From a virus, in the IMG/VR virus record IMGVR_UViG_3300049139_000178, positions 30,962 to 94,961 of that record: 64,000 nucleotides of DNA; one strand, 5' to 3'. The notes beneath the pieces were generated by a model, which was not told where the DNA came from, did no database searches, and saw nothing but the letters and a program-made list of their open reading frames with translations. Positions 19,332 through 28,652 of this stretch are shown here, one piece after another; the stretch's first letter is position 1; each line of letters begins with the position of its first letter. A program made the position numbers and the translations under genes.

Positions 19332-20693
19332 ATGGTGGACCGGAAGCTGAGCCGCGCGGCGGCCGAACGGCTGCTGATGCACGCGCGCACGCTGACCGAG
19401 CCGCGCTGGACTCCGCTGCCCCACCAGGTCCCGCCCGAGGGCGACTGGTACGGCTGGTTGCTGCTCGCGGGCCGTGGCGCCGGCAAGACAGACGCCTGCG
19501 CGCGGTACGTCCACGAGCACGTCATGGGCCCGCCGTGCCTACCGGGTCCCACCCCGCACTGGATCGGCATCATCGCGCCCACCCTCGGCGACGCGGCCAC
19601 GTCCTGCTACGCCGGTCCGTCCGGACTCCGGGTGCACAGCCCCGAGGCTCGGATGATGACCGTCCAGGGCGGCACGGTCATCCGCTGGCCCAACGGCTCC
19701 GAGGCGAAGCTGTTCGGCGCCGACAGCCCCGGCAGCGTCGAGCGCCTGCGGTCCGGCGGTAACCGCTGCCTCTCGTGGTTGGAAGAGCTGGCGGCCTGGC
19801 GCTACCTGGACGACACCTGGGACCAAATGCGCTTCGGCCTGCGCACTGGTCCCCGGCCGCACTGGGTGGCGTCCACCACGCCGAAGCCCCGGGCGCTGAT
19901 CAAGAAACTCGCGTCCGGCGGAGTCGAGAACGTGGTGCGCACCCGGGCGTCCATGTACGACAACCCCCACCTGCCCGAGGACATCAAGGCCGCGCTGGAG
20001 GACGCATACGGCAGTACGCAGATCGGCCGCCAGGAGCTGCACGCCGAGATCATCGACCAGGACGAGAACGCGCTGTGGACTCGCGACACGATCGACGCCC
20101 ACCGACTGCGCCCGGCGGACCTCCCGGACCTCGCGCGGATCTCCGTCGGCGTAGACCCCTCCGGCGGCCGGGGCGAGCAGGGCATCGTCGTCGTGGGCAA
20201 GGCTATGCAGGAGCACGTCCGAACCGACGGCCGCCCGGCGCAGCTCGCCCACGGCTACGTCCTCGCCGACCGGACGTGCCACCTTTCCCCGGACGGCTGG
20301 GGCCGGCGTGCGGTTCAGGCGGCCGTCGACTACGACGCGGACGATATCTGCTGTGAAGTGAATTTTGGCGGGGACATGGCCGTCAACACGATCCGGGCGG
20401 CGGCCGACGCGATGGGCGTGCGCATCCCGATCCGCACCGTGCGCGCCACGCGGGGGAAGAAGGTGCGCGCGGAGCCGGTGTCGGCCCTGTCCGAGCAGGG
20501 CCGCTGGCACATGGTGGGGGAGTTCCCCGAGCTGGAGGACCAGATGTGCACCTGGTACGACGAGCTGGACTGGAGCCCCGACCGGCTGGACGCGATGGTG
20601 TGGCCGGCCTGGCACCAGCGGATCGTGAAACCGACAATGACCGGCACGACGTCGTCCAAGGGCCTGGCCACCGCTGCGCGGACCATCGGATGA
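19332..20693 (+). CDS. terL: terminase large subunit
   Basis: LAGRGAGKT (Walker A), WLEELA (Walker B), STTPK, GVDPS and SPDRLDAMVW (RNase H-like nuclease). Start may be 19323. Confidence 0.92.
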   Translation: MVDRKLSRAAAERLLMHARTLTEPRWTPLPHQVPPEGDWYGWLLLAGRGAGKTDACARYVHEHVMGPPCLPGPTPHWIGIIAPTLGDAATSCYAGPSGLRVHSPEARMMTVQGGTVIRWPNGSEAKLFGADSPGSVERLRSGGNRCLSWLEELAAWRYLDDTWDQMRFGLRTGPRPHWVASTTPKPRALIKKLASGGVENVVRTRASMYDNPHLPEDIKAALEDAYGSTQIGRQELHAEIIDQDENALWTRDTIDAHRLRPADLPDLARISVGVDPSGGRGEQGIVVVGKAMQEHVRTDGRPAQLAHGYVLADRTCHLSPDGWGRRAVQAAVDYDADDICCEVNFGGDMAVNTIRAAADAMGVRIPIRTVRATRGKKVRAEPVSALSEQGRWHMVGEFPELEDQMCTWYDELDWSPDRLDAMVWPAWHQRIVKPTMTGTTSSKGLATAARTIG

Positions 20694-20757
20694 CGTGCGG
20701 AGTTGGTGATTTGGGCAGACGGTTGAAGAATCGCCGCCCCGGACGGGTGACGTGGGG

Positions 20758-20792
20758 TTGTCCGGCGTACGGGAGCATGGTTTAGTAAATTC
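20758..20792 (+). promoter_or_regulatory. conserved promoter/operator copy
   Basis: TTGTCC-12 nt-CATGGTTTAGTAAATTC. Confidence 0.7.
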
Positions 20793-20822
20793 ATCGGTGA
20801 CCACGGAACAGAGGAGCAGACC

Positions 20823-21752
20823 ATGGAACTTGACCCCAACCTCCGCGAGATGGCGGACGACCTCAAAAACAGGCTTGCCTGGACCCCGGGCCTCGGATGG
20901 CTGTACTGGGACGGCAAAACCTGGGTGACGCAGTTCGGCGCGGACGAGGCGGCCGACCGGGTGAACCAGTGGCGGGAAGAGCACGGGCACCGCCGACTCT
21001 CTGACAGGCACGTCCGTACGATCCTCCGTCAGCTCCAGGTTGTTCTGGAGATCGACGCGCAGACCCTGGACTCACACCCCGGCCTGCTCAACGTGCAGAA
21101 CGGCGTGGTGGACCTCTTCACCGGAACGCTGCACCCGCACGACCCCGCCTTGCTGCTGACCAAGGTAGCGGCTGTCGATTACGACCCCGACGCTCAGAGC
21201 CCGGCCTGGGACCAGGTACTCGCGGCCCTGCCGCCCGGAGTGCCTTTCCGGCTCGGATCGTTCGTCGCGGGAGCCGTAACCGGAGAACCTGCCGATTCGG
21301 CCGCCGTCCTGCACGGCCCGGGGTCGTCCGGGAAGTCGACGTTCCTTCGGCCGCTATGCGATGCCCTCGGGAACCACGCGCTGTACTCGGTCAATTGGCC
21401 CCTGGCCGGGGACCTGCGCGGTGTCCGTCTCGTCGTGGCTGAGGAGATCGGGCGCATCAACACCGGTCAGTTGAAGCTCCTGCTCACAGAGAGCATGATC
21501 GTCACGCGGCACCCCCACCGGGACCCTTACACGTTCAAGCCGTCACACAGCCTGGCCCTGGTGACAGGACCGCACGACGATCGGGGGCTGGACGAAGGTA
21601 CCCGGCGGCGCCTGAACCCCATCGAGTTCGAGGAGCTGACCGACCCGGACCCGAGCCTGCGACCCCGCCTGAAGGAGACCGAAGCCCTGCGCGCTGCTCT
21701 CGCGTGGGCTGTGGGTCAAGTTACACCGTTGCCGGGAGCAGTGGGCCGCTGA
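20823..21752 (+). CDS. stand-alone D5_N + SF3 P-loop helicase-like protein (no primase domain)
   Basis: GLGWLYWDGKTW, LNVQNGVVDL...HDP..LLTK, GPGSSGKST, VAEE; paralogous to the central part of 2282-6652. Confidence 0.8.
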   Translation: MELDPNLREMADDLKNRLAWTPGLGWLYWDGKTWVTQFGADEAADRVNQWREEHGHRRLSDRHVRTILRQLQVVLEIDAQTLDSHPGLLNVQNGVVDLFTGTLHPHDPALLLTKVAAVDYDPDAQSPAWDQVLAALPPGVPFRLGSFVAGAVTGEPADSAAVLHGPGSSGKSTFLRPLCDALGNHALYSVNWPLAGDLRGVRLVVAEEIGRINTGQLKLLLTESMIVTRHPHRDPYTFKPSHSLALVTGPHDDRGLDEGTRRRLNPIEFEELTDPDPSLRPRLKETEALRAALAWAVGQVTPLPGAVGR

Positions 21753-21860
21753 ACGCAGCCGTTGACCACCCACCCTGAAGCGCGAAAGGAGGATCCACTA
21801 TGTGCCCCACGTGCCACGGACGAGATGGCCAGCACCACGTCCAGTGCCCCCAGTTCTGAC

Positions 21861-21904
21861 CACGACGAAGCCCCGGCGCCCTCGCGGCCCGGGGCTTCGT
21901 CGTG
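21861..21904. terminator. GAAGCCCCGG-family hairpin terminator
   Basis: CACGACGAAGCCCCGG...CCGGGGCTTCGTCGTG perfect 16-bp arms. Confidence 0.75.
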
Positions 21905-21967
21905 CCCCGAGATGGTGAATCGGCGGATCTGCCCTACCCTGCCCGGGTCTCTTCCTCGGGAGGAATC

Positions 21968-22333
21968 ATGGGCAAGGTGTACGGGCGGGAACCGGCCGTG
22001 TGGCTGGCGGCCGTCGGAGCGGTGTGGCAGATCCTCAGCGCGTTCGGCCTCGGGTTCGACCCGCAGCTCCAGTCCATCATCACCGCCATCGTCGCGGCCG
22101 TGCTCGGCATCATCGTCGCCGTGCAGGTAGGTGACGGCATCATCGCGGCCCTGAACGGCCTCGTGGTCGCGGGCGTCTCCCTCACCGCGTACTTCGGGTT
22201 CGACTGGGACGCCGAGACGCAGGCCAAGGTCGTCGGCGCCGTCATGCTGATCGTCGCGTGGCTGTTCACCCGGCCGAACGTCACCGCGCCGCAGCCCGCC
22301 ACCGTTTCCCCTCCAGGCAAGCTCGTCGCTTGA
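21968..22333 (+). CDS. multi-TM membrane protein, holin-like
   Basis: YGREPAVW...RPNVT with four hydrophobic segments; GGAGG RBS. Confidence 0.65.
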   Translation: MGKVYGREPAVWLAAVGAVWQILSAFGLGFDPQLQSIITAIVAAVLGIIVAVQVGDGIIAALNGLVVAGVSLTAYFGFDWDAETQAKVVGAVMLIVAWLFTRPNVTAPQPATVSPPGKLVA

Positions 22334-22443
22334 CGCAACTAGGTCACCAGGCGCAACGTCTCTCCTACGGCGGGGCGCTCGGCCTGGTGACCACCTCCAA
22401 CACGTCGCCCGACAGGGCGTCCCGTCCACATGACCATGGAGCC

Positions 22444-22881
22444 GTGACCGTGCCCGTCTGGCTGCTCATCGCCTGCATGATCCTCGCGAACTACCGTGCC
22501 GCGCGCCTCGCCGTGCGGGATACGTTCCCGCCTGTGCTGTGGCTGCGTGACCGTCTCGCCGGCGGGTGGCGCCCATTGACGGAACCAGAGCAGGAACGGC
22601 ACGCGGCCCCTCAGCCGTCTAATGAAGAGCCGTTCGTGCGTCATCCGGCCCTCGGCACGCTGACGCTCATCGACGGCCGGGTGAACCGCTACGTGCGCCG
22701 CAAGAGCTGGTCGCCGTACTGGCTGGCGGAGCTGCTCACTTGCCCGTGGTGCGTGTCCGGGTGGCTGTCCGCCGCGCTCACCGCAGCCGTCGCCTTCACT
22801 GTCGGCGTCCCGGCGCCGGTGCTCGTGTGGGGCGCGGTATGGGGTGCCTCCGCCTTGCTCGCCTCGCGCGAGTGGGCCTGA
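22444..22881 (+). CDS. DUF1360-like membrane protein
   Basis: YRAARLAVRD...ELLTCPWCVSGW. Confidence 0.7.
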   Translation: MTVPVWLLIACMILANYRAARLAVRDTFPPVLWLRDRLAGGWRPLTEPEQERHAAPQPSNEEPFVRHPALGTLTLIDGRVNRYVRRKSWSPYWLAELLTCPWCVSGWLSAALTAAVAFTVGVPAPVLVWGAVWGASALLASREWA

Positions 22882-22926
22882 CCTGAATCACCCCGAACCG
22901 TCGACCGCAGCCGATAGCCTGCGGTC

Positions 22927-23193
22927 GTGAACGTTACGAGGAATTCTGACGGCAGCCATGAGCCCCCGTACGACGAGAGCTGGCCGCCCCGCATGCAGCT
23001 CGAATGGTCCGCCGGCGTAGTCGCATCCAAGACGGGACTACGCATCCACATCAGCGAGCTGGGCGAGGACCAGTACGCGGTCCGGGTCGGCAGCAGCGGA
23101 CTGAGCCCCATGAACCTTGCCAACGCGTACGCCTTCCTGGACGGAGTCTCGGTCGGAGCGCGGGAGACCTCGGTTGTCAGTGCCTCGCGGTAA
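22927..23193 (+). CDS. hypothetical protein
   Basis: ORF filling the gap on the coding strand. Confidence 0.5.
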   Translation: MNVTRNSDGSHEPPYDESWPPRMQLEWSAGVVASKTGLRIHISELGEDQYAVRVGSSGLSPMNLANAYAFLDGVSVGARETSVVSASR

Positions 23194-23202
23194 CTTCCCG
23201 AC

Positions 23203-24471
23203 ATGACCGACACCACCACATCGCTCCCGGTCTACGAGCGCCGGGACATCCCCGAGCAGCACCGGCACCTGCGCACAATGACGGAGCTGAAGAAGGACCG
23301 GCTGAAGCCCGCCGAGGGGCAGGAGCCCGTGGCCATGCTGCGGGTCTACCGGCGCGGGCACGGCTGGGGCAAGTTCCCGCTGTACGACCCGGCTGGCGCG
23401 GCGAAGATGCGCCCGCTGTCCGCGAAGCAGCAACGGGCCATGGAAGTCCGGCGCACCTGCCCCGAGTGCGAGGCCGTGCGCGGGTACGTCGTCTACACCC
23501 GGTGCACCGACTGCCGTACGAAGGCGCAGCAGGAAGCGCAGGACCGCCGGGCCCGGACCTGCGAGCGGTGCCGACGGGTGTCCGGGGCCGCGCTGCCGAA
23601 GGACGTACACGGCTGGCCGGCGTGCGACCCGTGCCGGATCCGTTACGCGCTCTGCAAGCAGCTCGCCGACGAGCGCGCGGCCGTGTGGCGCCGTACCTGC
23701 CCCGGATACCCGGGCCACGACTGCACGGTGCAGACAGCAACCGATGAGGAAATCACTGAGGCGTGGAACGCCGGAGACTACACCGGCCCCTGGCGATGCC
23801 CGCCGTGCGCGGAGGCCTACGACAGGTGGCAGGAGACCCAGCACCGCGAAGCGGAGGAGAACGGGCGCCGCGCTGAGGAAGCGCGGGAGCGGCAGGTCGC
23901 CGACCTGTCCGCGTGGGCGCGGGACGCCCTCGCCGACCCGGCCGTGGTCGTCCTGGACACGGAGACGACCGGGCTGCACGACGAGGCGCGCATCGTCGAC
24001 CTGGCTGTGCTGACCGCCGGCGGCGACGTCCTCGTGGACACGTTGCTCGACCCGGGCGAGCCGATCCCGGCCGAGGCGTGGGGAGTTCACGGCATCTCCG
24101 ACGCGGACGTGCAGAGGGCGCCCCGGTTCGGCGACATCCTGGTGCAGCTGACCGGCGCACTGGTCAACCGCCGGTGCCTGATCTACAACGACACGTTCGA
24201 CGTCGCCCGGCTGCGTCACGAGCTGACGCTGCACTACCGCGAGGCCGGCCACGACGACCCGGCCGCCTCCGCCGCCGCGTGGCTGGGCACGATGCGGTTC
24301 GAGGACGTGATGGTGCCGTACTCGGACTGGTTCGGGGAGGAGTCACCCTTCGGCGACTACCGCTGGCAGCCGTTGTACGGCGGGGACCACCGGGCCGCCT
24401 CCGACTGCCGCGCGGTGCTGGACCGGCTGCGCGACATGGCCTCCGGGGTTGTCGACCCGGTCGAGTCATGA
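23203..24471 (+). CDS. DEDDh 3'-5' exonuclease (DnaQ-like) with N-terminal Zn fingers
   Basis: VLDTETTGL, VHGI, YNDTFD, HRAASD; several CxxC pairs. Confidence 0.88.
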   Translation: MTDTTTSLPVYERRDIPEQHRHLRTMTELKKDRLKPAEGQEPVAMLRVYRRGHGWGKFPLYDPAGAAKMRPLSAKQQRAMEVRRTCPECEAVRGYVVYTRCTDCRTKAQQEAQDRRARTCERCRRVSGAALPKDVHGWPACDPCRIRYALCKQLADERAAVWRRTCPGYPGHDCTVQTATDEEITEAWNAGDYTGPWRCPPCAEAYDRWQETQHREAEENGRRAEEARERQVADLSAWARDALADPAVVVLDTETTGLHDEARIVDLAVLTAGGDVLVDTLLDPGEPIPAEAWGVHGISDADVQRAPRFGDILVQLTGALVNRRCLIYNDTFDVARLRHELTLHYREAGHDDPAASAAAWLGTMRFEDVMVPYSDWFGEESPFGDYRWQPLYGGDHRAASDCRAVLDRLRDMASGVVDPVES

Positions 24472-24483
24472 TTTAATCAAATC
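24449..24483 (+). promoter_or_regulatory. conserved promoter/operator copy
   Basis: TTGTCG-12 nt-CATGATTTAATCAAATC. Confidence 0.7.
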
Positions 24484-24512
24484 AGTAACACCGACCAAGG
24501 AAGGCAGGACCC

Positions 24513-24914
24513 ATGACCCTCATCGCCAAAGGTCCAGTGTGGACCGGCCGCATCTACGGCGTCCGCGCACGGGCAGCCACGTGGGAGATGACCCCGGTGG
24601 AGCTGGCCCGCGTGTTCGCCCACGCGCATGGCTACCGGACGGCCGTCGGCGGGTGGATCTACGACCCGGAAGGGCACCCCGTTGCCCACGGCTGGCAGTC
24701 TTTTGCCGACGCTCTCGCCGCGCGGGGGTGGATCGTAGAAGGCAAGGGCGTCGCCTGGACGAAAGCCACGTGGGAAGGCAACCGGCTCCCGCTGTCCAAG
24801 TCCTACCGCACGGAACTCGCCCACGACGCCAAGATGCAGGCGCAGGGACGCGAGCTGCGGCGCGTCATGCGCGGCGGCCGGATGGTCACCGCATGGGTGC
24901 CGAAGGGCTGCTGA
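24513..24914 (+). CDS. hypothetical protein in a single-gene cassette
   Basis: Promoter + CCGACCAAGGAA + ORF + terminator. Confidence 0.7.
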   Translation: MTLIAKGPVWTGRIYGVRARAATWEMTPVELARVFAHAHGYRTAVGGWIYDPEGHPVAHGWQSFADALAARGWIVEGKGVAWTKATWEGNRLPLSKSYRTELAHDAKMQAQGRELRRVMRGGRMVTAWVPKGC

Positions 24915-24961
24915 CACGACGAAGCCCCGGAGTCACGGGACTCCGGGGCTTCGTCGTGTCA
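24912..24961. terminator. bidirectional terminator with 23-bp perfect arms
   Basis: TGACACGACGAAGCCCCGGAGTC-ACGG-GACTCCGGGGCTTCGTCGTGTCA; the arms include both convergent stop codons. Confidence 0.85.
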
Positions 24962-26044
24962 CAGGAACCGGTCGACCAGGCCCTCATACACCGCCACGGC
25001 CGCCGCCGCGTGCGTGCGCTTGAGCGCCTCGTCGTCCCGGCGCCGGATGTACCGCATGGTCGTCGCCACCTGGCTGTGGTCGGCGAACCGTCGGATGTCG
25101 TCGGGCTTCACACCCTGGTCGTACATGTGGGTGAGCTTGCTCGCCCGCAGGACGTGTGGGGTGAGGTCCCGGCCGGGCAGTACGCCGGCCGCGCGGCCCA
25201 GGCGGTTCAGCAGCCGGTCCACCGCGTGCCGGTCCATCGGCCGATCGTCGTCATCGAGCAGCAGCGGCCCGGAGGTCCGGCCCTGCCAGCACACGGCCCC
25301 GAGTTCGCACAGCTTCGGAGGCAGGGTGAACTTCCGGCCCTTGCCGCCCTTGCGGGTCAGGTCCAGTTTGCACTCCCCGCCGGACGGCTTCATGTGCTGC
25401 ATCCCGGCCGCGCAGCACTCCGAGACGCGGCCGGCCAGCGTGTAGATGAGCACCGGCACGAGGGCCTGCCGGGGCGTGGCCGCCTGCTCCACCACGGCCT
25501 GGAACTCAGGCACTTCGAGAATCGGCGTCATGGCCGTCTCGTCGTGCGGGTCGATCACCGGCCGGTCGTACCGGGTGATGGGGTTGATGATCTCCAGCCG
25601 GGTGCGGAACTTGGTGTACTCGATCAGCGAAGTCAGCGACGACGCCAGGCGGTTGACCCGGCGGGGCCCGAGGCCGATGTCCGTTGTCCAGGCCCGCCAG
25701 GCCGGGATGACGTCGGAGGTGATCGCCCCGAGGTAGAAGGGCTCGGTGCCGACCAGCTCCCGAGCGGCCCTCGCCCAGTGGCGGACGTCGTCGGCGTACT
25801 CGCGCCGGGTGCCGTCGCTGGTGAGCCGCTCGGAGTTCAGCCACCCCACCACGTGCTCGAACGTCTCCGGCGCGCACAGCTCGTGCAGGAGGTCCAGCCG
25901 GTGGACGCGCGGTCCGAGCCGGCGGTTCTTTGGGTCGCGCGGGGCGACCGTGCCCAGTTTCTCGCGCAGGCCCAGCATGGTGCGCAGCGCCACGTTGCCG
26001 TCGGCCGAGATCGTGTCGGCCCCTGCCGCCGTCATGATCGTCAT
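24959..26044 (-). CDS. tyrosine recombinase (integrase/XerC-like)
   Basis: RVSE, RKGGK, HVLR, HSQVATTMRY catalytic R-K-H-R-H-Y set. Confidence 0.92.
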   Translation of the reverse strand: MTIMTAAGADTISADGNVALRTMLGLREKLGTVAPRDPKNRRLGPRVHRLDLLHELCAPETFEHVVGWLNSERLTSDGTRREYADDVRHWARAARELVGTEPFYLGAITSDVIPAWRAWTTDIGLGPRRVNRLASSLTSLIEYTKFRTRLEIINPITRYDRPVIDPHDETAMTPILEVPEFQAVVEQAATPRQALVPVLIYTLAGRVSECCAAGMQHMKPSGGECKLDLTRKGGKGRKFTLPPKLCELGAVCWQGRTSGPLLLDDDDRPMDRHAVDRLLNRLGRAAGVLPGRDLTPHVLRASKLTHMYDQGVKPDDIRRFADHSQVATTMRYIRRRDDEALKRTHAAAAVAVYEGLVDRFL

Positions 26045-26333
26045 GGCAGATGAGCCTATCCCTGCGGCCCCTGGCCCGTCTGCACCCAGGGGTGGCGGGC
26101 TGTCCTCCTTTGGCCGTGACGCCTCAGGTGAGCAGGGGCCGCGCCTCGGTGATATGTCCGATCCGTGGGAGCCATGGCAGTCACGTGCCGTCGGACTCGC
26201 TCACACGAGGAAAACGGGCCTGGGTCCAGTCTGGCACACAGGATGTATCGGGGCGGCGACGTGCTCAAAACACACGTTTTGCGCTTCGCCCAGAGCGATT
26301 CTGCGGCAGACGGGTTCCGTGGCATCCTCCGGG

Positions 26334-26368
26334 TTGTCCTCTGCGGGACCCTATGGTTTAATTAATTC
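26334..26368 (+). promoter_or_regulatory. conserved promoter/operator copy
   Basis: TTGTCC-12 nt-TATGGTTTAATTAATTC. Confidence 0.75.
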
Positions 26369-26408
26369 ATCGGGCAACGAGCCGGAAGACCAAGGAAAGA
26401 AGGAACGC

Positions 26409-26600
26409 ATGGCCGTCAACCTCCCCACTCCTCTCCCGCAGTGCCCCAAGCACGGCAGGATGCAGCTCCGTCCGGGCCACACCCTGGAACAGCGGTGGTG
26501 CGGGACCTGGTACGACTGCACCGAGCCTCGGTGCAGCACTTCAACGCTTCTGGCTTCCCCCGCGTTGACGGCTTCGCTGGAAGTGCAGCGAACCGCCTGA
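26409..26600 (+). CDS. small Zn-ribbon protein
   Basis: CPKH...WCGTWYDC...C; GACCAAGGAAAGAAGGAA leader. Confidence 0.65.
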   Translation: MAVNLPTPLPQCPKHGRMQLRPGHTLEQRWCGTWYDCTEPRCSTSTLLASPALTASLEVQRTA

Positions 26601-26631
26601 CCCGCCGTACAGACCAAGGAGACCTCGTCGC

Positions 26632-26928
26632 ATGAGCGACCCCACCCCGATCCGCCGCCCTGCCCGGACAGGTCACCGATGCATCTGCGGTGCTACGTGG
26701 CGGCCGGGGTTCTCCTCGGATCCCGCGTGGCTCTTCACGGCGGATCCCCGGCTGAGCACCTTCGTCGGACTGCTGCACTGCCAGGCGTGCGGCCGGCGGA
26801 AGACCGACGTGCTCCGGGAGCAGGCCGAGCAGAAGCGCGCGGCCACCCCACCGGCCATCCCGCCTCGCGAGCGCCCGCCGGCCAAGGTTCTTCCGTTCAG
26901 GAAGCCCTCGGCCGACGAGGCCAACTGA
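26632..26928 (+). CDS. small Zn-finger protein
   Basis: CICG...CQACG; GACCAAGGAG leader. Confidence 0.65.
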   Translation: MSDPTPIRRPARTGHRCICGATWRPGFSSDPAWLFTADPRLSTFVGLLHCQACGRRKTDVLREQAEQKRAATPPAIPPRERPPAKVLPFRKPSADEAN

Positions 26929-26947
26929 CCAAGGAAAGAGGGACCCG

Positions 26948-27175
26948 ATGAGTGGGCTGACCAGGCACGGAAAGGTGATCACGTACACCGACGAGTCCGG
27001 AGACAGCATCGAGATCACCGCTGCGCGGGATAGCGGCGGACGTCCGGTGGTTGCCCTGGTCCCGGTGCTGGACGCGGGTGGCGAACTCGTGCACGTGGCC
27101 GACGAGGACGTGGAGGAGTTCATCGCGGCCGTCCGCGAGAAGCAGGTAGAGGCTCGGGAGAAGTACGACACCTGA
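26948..27175 (+). CDS. hypothetical protein
   Basis: GACCAAGGAAAGAGG leader. Confidence 0.7.
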   Translation: MSGLTRHGKVITYTDESGDSIEITAARDSGGRPVVALVPVLDAGGELVHVADEDVEEFIAAVREKQVEAREKYDT

Positions 27176-27203
27176 CGCCCGGCAGACCAAGGAAAGAAGG
27201 ACC

Positions 27204-27620
27204 ATGACGCGCACCGCTAACGACAGGATGCGGAGCAACGCCCGCCTGCGGATGTTCAGCCTCGCCCGGGGCCACGGCGGCTTGAAGACCGTGGCCGACG
27301 TGGAGCAGCGCACGAACATGAACGACGCGCGTATAGCACTGTGCTTCGCGATGGGTGTGGACCCGGAGGACATCGACCCGAGCAGCGGCCACCACATCGG
27401 CCGGTCGGCGTACGAGAACAGCCGGACCTCATGGGTCGACCACATAGCGCAGTTCGGGTGGAGCGACTACTACGACGGCCCCGCGCTCGCCGAGGTCATG
27501 GAGCGCTGGGCCGCACGGCGCCCACAGTTCACCGCCGGGGACGACTGGAAGGCGGCCGGGATAGCCGCACACCTTCTGCGCTCGTGCAGCCGATCGCCCT
27601 GCGACGTGCACGCAGACTGA
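27204..27620 (+). CDS. hypothetical protein
   Basis: GACCAAGGAAAGAAGGA leader. Confidence 0.7.
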   Translation: MTRTANDRMRSNARLRMFSLARGHGGLKTVADVEQRTNMNDARIALCFAMGVDPEDIDPSSGHHIGRSAYENSRTSWVDHIAQFGWSDYYDGPALAEVMERWAARRPQFTAGDDWKAAGIAAHLLRSCSRSPCDVHAD

Positions 27621-27624
27621 CGGG

Positions 27625-27659
27625 TTGTGCCCCTGCCCGAGCTATGATTTAATTAAGTC
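27625..27659 (+). promoter_or_regulatory. conserved promoter/operator copy
   Basis: TTGTGC-12 nt-TATGATTTAATTAAGTC. Confidence 0.75.
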
Positions 27660-27700
27660 ATCGGGCAGGGGCCCGCCGGACCAAGGAAAAGGAACCGACC

Positions 27701-27769
27701 ATGACCGCTGTAGCCGTCGAACTGATCCCCGCTGTCGCCTGCGCCGAGGCCGGCCACAGCACCCACTGA
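27701..27769 (+). CDS. 22-aa micro-ORF or gene remnant
   Basis: Full promoter and GACCAAGGAAAAGGAACCGACC leader before ATG; MTAVAVELIPAVACAEAGHSTH. Confidence 0.4.
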   Translation: MTAVAVELIPAVACAEAGHSTH

Positions 27770-27836
27770 CGCCAGACACGACGAAGCCCCGGGACAACTA
27801 CGCTTTGGGGCCCACCCGAACCGAGGAGAACACAGG

Positions 27837-28067
27837 ATGAGCGACACTCAGACCACCACGTGCACCCGGAAGACTGTCGACCGCTGGTGCCAGCCCGACC
27901 CGTCGGGTCTCTTCGGTGAGCCGAACCCCACTCCGGAGGACCCCGGGCCGTGGAAGGACGGGGAGACCGTCGTCTGCCGCTGTGGCGCCGAGGTTGAGGT
28001 GACCCACCGGATTACCAACCAGCGTGAGACCGGCACGCAGTATGTCGGTGACCTCGCCGCGCACTGA
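27837..28067 (+). CDS. small Cys-containing protein
   Basis: GAGGAG RBS; followed by a terminator. Confidence 0.6.
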   Translation: MSDTQTTTCTRKTVDRWCQPDPSGLFGEPNPTPEDPGPWKDGETVVCRCGAEVEVTHRITNQRETGTQYVGDLAAH

Positions 28068-28072
28068 CCCCA

Positions 28073-28120
28073 GACGCGACGAAGCCCCGGGACTCCACCA
28101 CAGGTCCCGGGGCTTCGCTG
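28073..28120. terminator. GAAGCCCCGG-family bidirectional terminator
   Basis: CGAAGCCCCGGGAC...GTCCCGGGGCTTCG between convergent genes. Confidence 0.75.
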
Positions 28121-28130
28121 TTGCGGTCCG

Positions 28131-28511
28131 TCACACGGACCAGTGCCGGCCACCCGCCGCACCGAAGGCACCGACGTACACCCGGTGCGTGTAGTCGCCG
28201 GACTGCCACCGTGTCCCCGCCGCGCCCGCGATGAAGCGATGGCACGTACGTTCGATAATACGGTGCAGCTCGGGGAACTGGAGGCCCAGGAGCAGGCCCG
28301 ACATCTCCACCCCTTCCGGGGCCGGCAGGGCCGCCGCGTCTTCGTCGCCGGTCGCCTCGTGCACGGCGGCCCGGATAGCCAGGACGCGGACCGCGTCGGC
28401 CATGCTCCCGGCGACGGCAGGCATCTCCGGGTCGGCCATCCACTGTCCGTGGATCTCCATCGCCCGCCGGGCGGTCGTCTCGACGTCGGACAGAGTGCTG
28501 GTGGCGGCCAT
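28131..28511 (-). CDS. hypothetical protein
   Basis: GGAGGA RBS; divergent from the GntR gene. Confidence 0.65.
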   Translation of the reverse strand: MAATSTLSDVETTARRAMEIHGQWMADPEMPAVAGSMADAVRVLAIRAAVHEATGDEDAAALPAPEGVEMSGLLLGLQFPELHRIIERTCHRFIAGAAGTRWQSGDYTHRVYVGAFGAAGGRHWSV

Positions 28512-28561
28512 GCGGTCCTCCGTGTGTGATTTATCGAATTCACGGGAATGCCCCTGTGAGA

Positions 28562-28593
28562 CTTCCTACAGGAACTGCCCCTCCTGTAGGAAG
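28562..28593. promoter_or_regulatory. 12-bp perfect inverted repeat in the divergent GntR promoter region
   Basis: CTTCCTACAGGA-8 nt-TCCTGTAGGAAG. Confidence 0.55.
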
Positions 28594-28652
28594 CTAAGGC
28601 ACGGCTGGGGTACCGTCAACCACATCCGATAGGAAGACCCGAGGAGATACCC

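Noticed and set aside
26045-26330. attP site next to the recombinase
   Set aside because: Only a short inverted repeat is visible; no tRNA-like core or arm-type repeats could be identified without the host sequence.
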